A stretch of DNA of 64,000 nt from Tricharina praecox (taxonomy: Eukaryota): positions 1 through 64,000 of the forward strand of contig NW_026250433.1 of the NCBI RefSeq assembly GCF_024521635.1. The letters run 5' to 3'. This document shows positions 61,489 through 64,000 of the stretch, piece by piece; the stretch's first letter is position 1, and every line of letters starts with the position of its first letter. The position numbers and the translations under genes were made by a program. The notes beneath the pieces were generated by a model. It did no database searches. It was not told the DNA's origin and saw only the letters and a list, made by a program, of their open reading frames with translations.

Positions 61489-64000
61489 TCGTATGTATGA
61501 TATGTATGGAGGCGATGCACTAGTAGAGCAGAGCAGAGAAGCTCTCGTGGTCCTCGGTCGATATTGCGCTGCGGTCCAGATGGCGATTATTATCTACCGT
61601 ATGTAGGTATTCTTGCTTTTGCAGCCGCGACTGCACCATCACCACCACCACAACCACACGCAACAAGCCGTCGTCGTCGCCGTCGTCGTCGCACCAGCCC
61701 CCCCACTGGCTGGTTGGCCGACTGGCTGGGCCGGGTGGGCTCACGGTCCCTCCCTCGTCAGGAGAATAGGTACCGGTAGTTAATCTTCAGTCCCCAATTC
61801 CCAAGTCCCAGGCAACTGCCTACGGTACATACTACTTCTCGGTCCAATTCGCATGAGATGAACCCAGCGATCGGAAAGGGGACCGGGGGACGGGGAGGGA
61901 GAGATTTGTATTGGGTATCCACTTTACTATACCTATACTATATGTATGTCGAGCAACTCCACTCCACTCCACGTAGGAAGAATGGAATGGAATCAATCGG
62001 ACGTTTATCTAATCATTAACAGTGATTAACAGTGATTATTGATTAATCCGTCGACCGGAGACTCGAGAGGTCATCCCAAGTCTATCCCAATCCCAGCTGT
62101 ACTGTACTGTACAAAACTGCACTCTACTGTACTGCTGTATATAGGCGAGCGAGCGAGCGAGCGGCTGGAGAATAGCCACTCCACCTTTACCTCCACAATC
62201 TCGATCCCCATCCCCCGGGCTGTATCCAGCAGGCAGGCAAGCAGGCAGGCAGGGGTTGCAGGAAGCGGTGGGATGTGGATGTGGAGTGGATGTGAGGAGA
62301 AAGTGCTGAAGATCCACCACCACCAGCAGCAACCAGAAATCACCAGCAACCACCAACACTGCGAGACTGAAAGACCAAGAGACCGAGAGATCCTGCAGCA
62401 TCAGCAGCCGTCCTAACCAGCCAGCCAACCAACCAACCAACCCTCAACTAACCAACCCTCAACCAACCAATCCTCAACCAACCCTCAACCCTCAACCAAC
62501 CCCGGTCGCGATCAGTACTCAACTACTGATGGGCGGGGATTCACGCGCCACCTGTGATTCTGTGGAGATTTTGTTCGAAGTCCGAACCCTTGCCTTGCCT
62601 TGCCTGCGGAATATACCTACTTTCTCTCTGCTATACCCAAGCTCCAACGGTATACGAGCGTCCGCCGGCTGTGTGTACTCTGCGTATGATATGCGGGCCA
62701 ATTTAGCCGATGCGTGTGTGCAGCGAACACCTAGGCACTCTATGTCCGCTCACTCGCGAGTCGCGGTTGTGTTAGGAATTCTTTTTTTCCCGCTTCTCTT
62801 CTCATCTCATCCCATGGCTGCTGTTGGCCTCTCCTCTCCTCCCCCCGCAGGTTCGGACCACTTTGTCTTGGGGTGGAGGCGAAGGGAGGGAGGGGTGCTG
62901 GGGCGATCCTTTGCTCCAGGGGGGTGGTTCTCTTTTTTTCTCTCTTTCCCCCCGATCCGACCGGCGACTAATTACCCACTTACCTAGAGAACCTACGTGC
63001 CACTCTAGAGAGAGTACTCTACATGCGCGGCGAACGAAGAGAAGAGAACGAGGAGAACGAGGAGATGTACGGTGCATGGCGCATGCATGCTGAAGTTACA
63101 GATTCAGGTTCAGGTTCAGGTTCGTATATACCCCGCGGCGCGCGTGGGCTAGGTACTCTAGTTACGCACTTACGCACGCCGCTAGGGAGAGTAGGCGGAA
63201 TGTCCGAAGCCACTAGAGTAGTTCGTTAACTAGGAGCGAGCGCGCAGGCACTGCTGGGAAATTCGAGGCGGTAAGGCGCTTGTGCTTGTGCTTGTGCTTG
63301 TGCTCGGGCTTGGGAGGGCGCGATGGGTGCGATGGCCGATGGCCGATGTTTCAAACTTTCGACGAGCCAAGGGAGGTGGCCTGAAATGAAGGAGTTCGAA
63401 GCGGGTGCATTTCGTATGCCCTTCGCGCGCACACAGCGCACATGACGCGGAACGTCCGGGAAACGACCGACGGCCGCCGACTAACCAACCAATTAGGCGC
63501 GAATGGAACGGGGGGGCAGGTACTAACTACGGTAGTATGTATGATAGATGATTCCTCGCCCGTGCCGTCATCATGGATGCCTAGAGTATATAGAGCCTTA
63601 GACGGTGAGGTGAGTGAGTGAGTGACCGAGCGAGTGAGTATTCCGCAATCTACTCTAGCAAAACGCTCCCCCTTGCCGCGGTCGGCTGCTCCACGTTACA
63701 TAGAGTACCTACACACCGGATACGACGAAGCGATGTGCCGCTCGAAGCCCCGAACCCTTGCAAGTTGCCCCTAGTGGCAGTGGGGGCGCGCTCCTTGTGC
63801 ACGCCTGAAGGCTGATACTCTACAGCTGATACAATTGAGCCGACGTCGAGCAGAGTATCGCCGGTCGAGGCGGGTGCGCTTGGGGGGTGTGGTGCCCTAG
63901 TACTAGCAGCTTCCTTCCCCCCAAGCCCCGTGAGCAGTGGGGCCAGTCCAGCACTCCGTCTGCTGGAACTTCCATTACCAGCTCCGTGGGGGGAAAGGTG

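Noticed and set aside
63255..63520. RNase P RNA suggested by GGGAAATTCG
   Set aside because: No matching P4 3' strand or other conserved regions seen downstream.

Overview
Eukaryotic, intron-containing DNA from a filamentous ascomycete (GT..CTAAC/CTGAC..AG introns, Zn2Cys6 and Con-6 families; Pezizomycetes is my guess). The first ~8 kb is a rearranged, transposon-rich block with three independent strand-flip signatures in 3 kb: an inverted pair of hAT-like MITEs sharing one 8-bp target site, a 52-bp fold-back duplication, and a membrane-protein gene whose first 226 codons are flipped by a base-precise 820-bp inversion. A decayed Helitron-like helicase relic follows. The middle (8.4-51 kb) holds malonyl-CoA:ACP transacylase, an SDR, an HSL-type esterase, a LINE relic, a small basic protein, a multicopper oxidase, a membrane cupredoxin-like protein, a divergent phosphoketolase/acetate kinase pair, two Con-6 paralogues (one with a mitochondrial-like presequence), a J-domain/Myb-like protein, a secretory deaminase-like protein and a Zn2Cys6-acetyltransferase fusion. 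The last 13 kb has no recognisable gene and is rich in microsatellites and short repeat arrays. The octamer TAGAGTAC/GTACTCTA is strongly over-represented in non-coding DNA across the window. All gene models and counts were made by eye; family assignments come from recalled motifs, not database searches.
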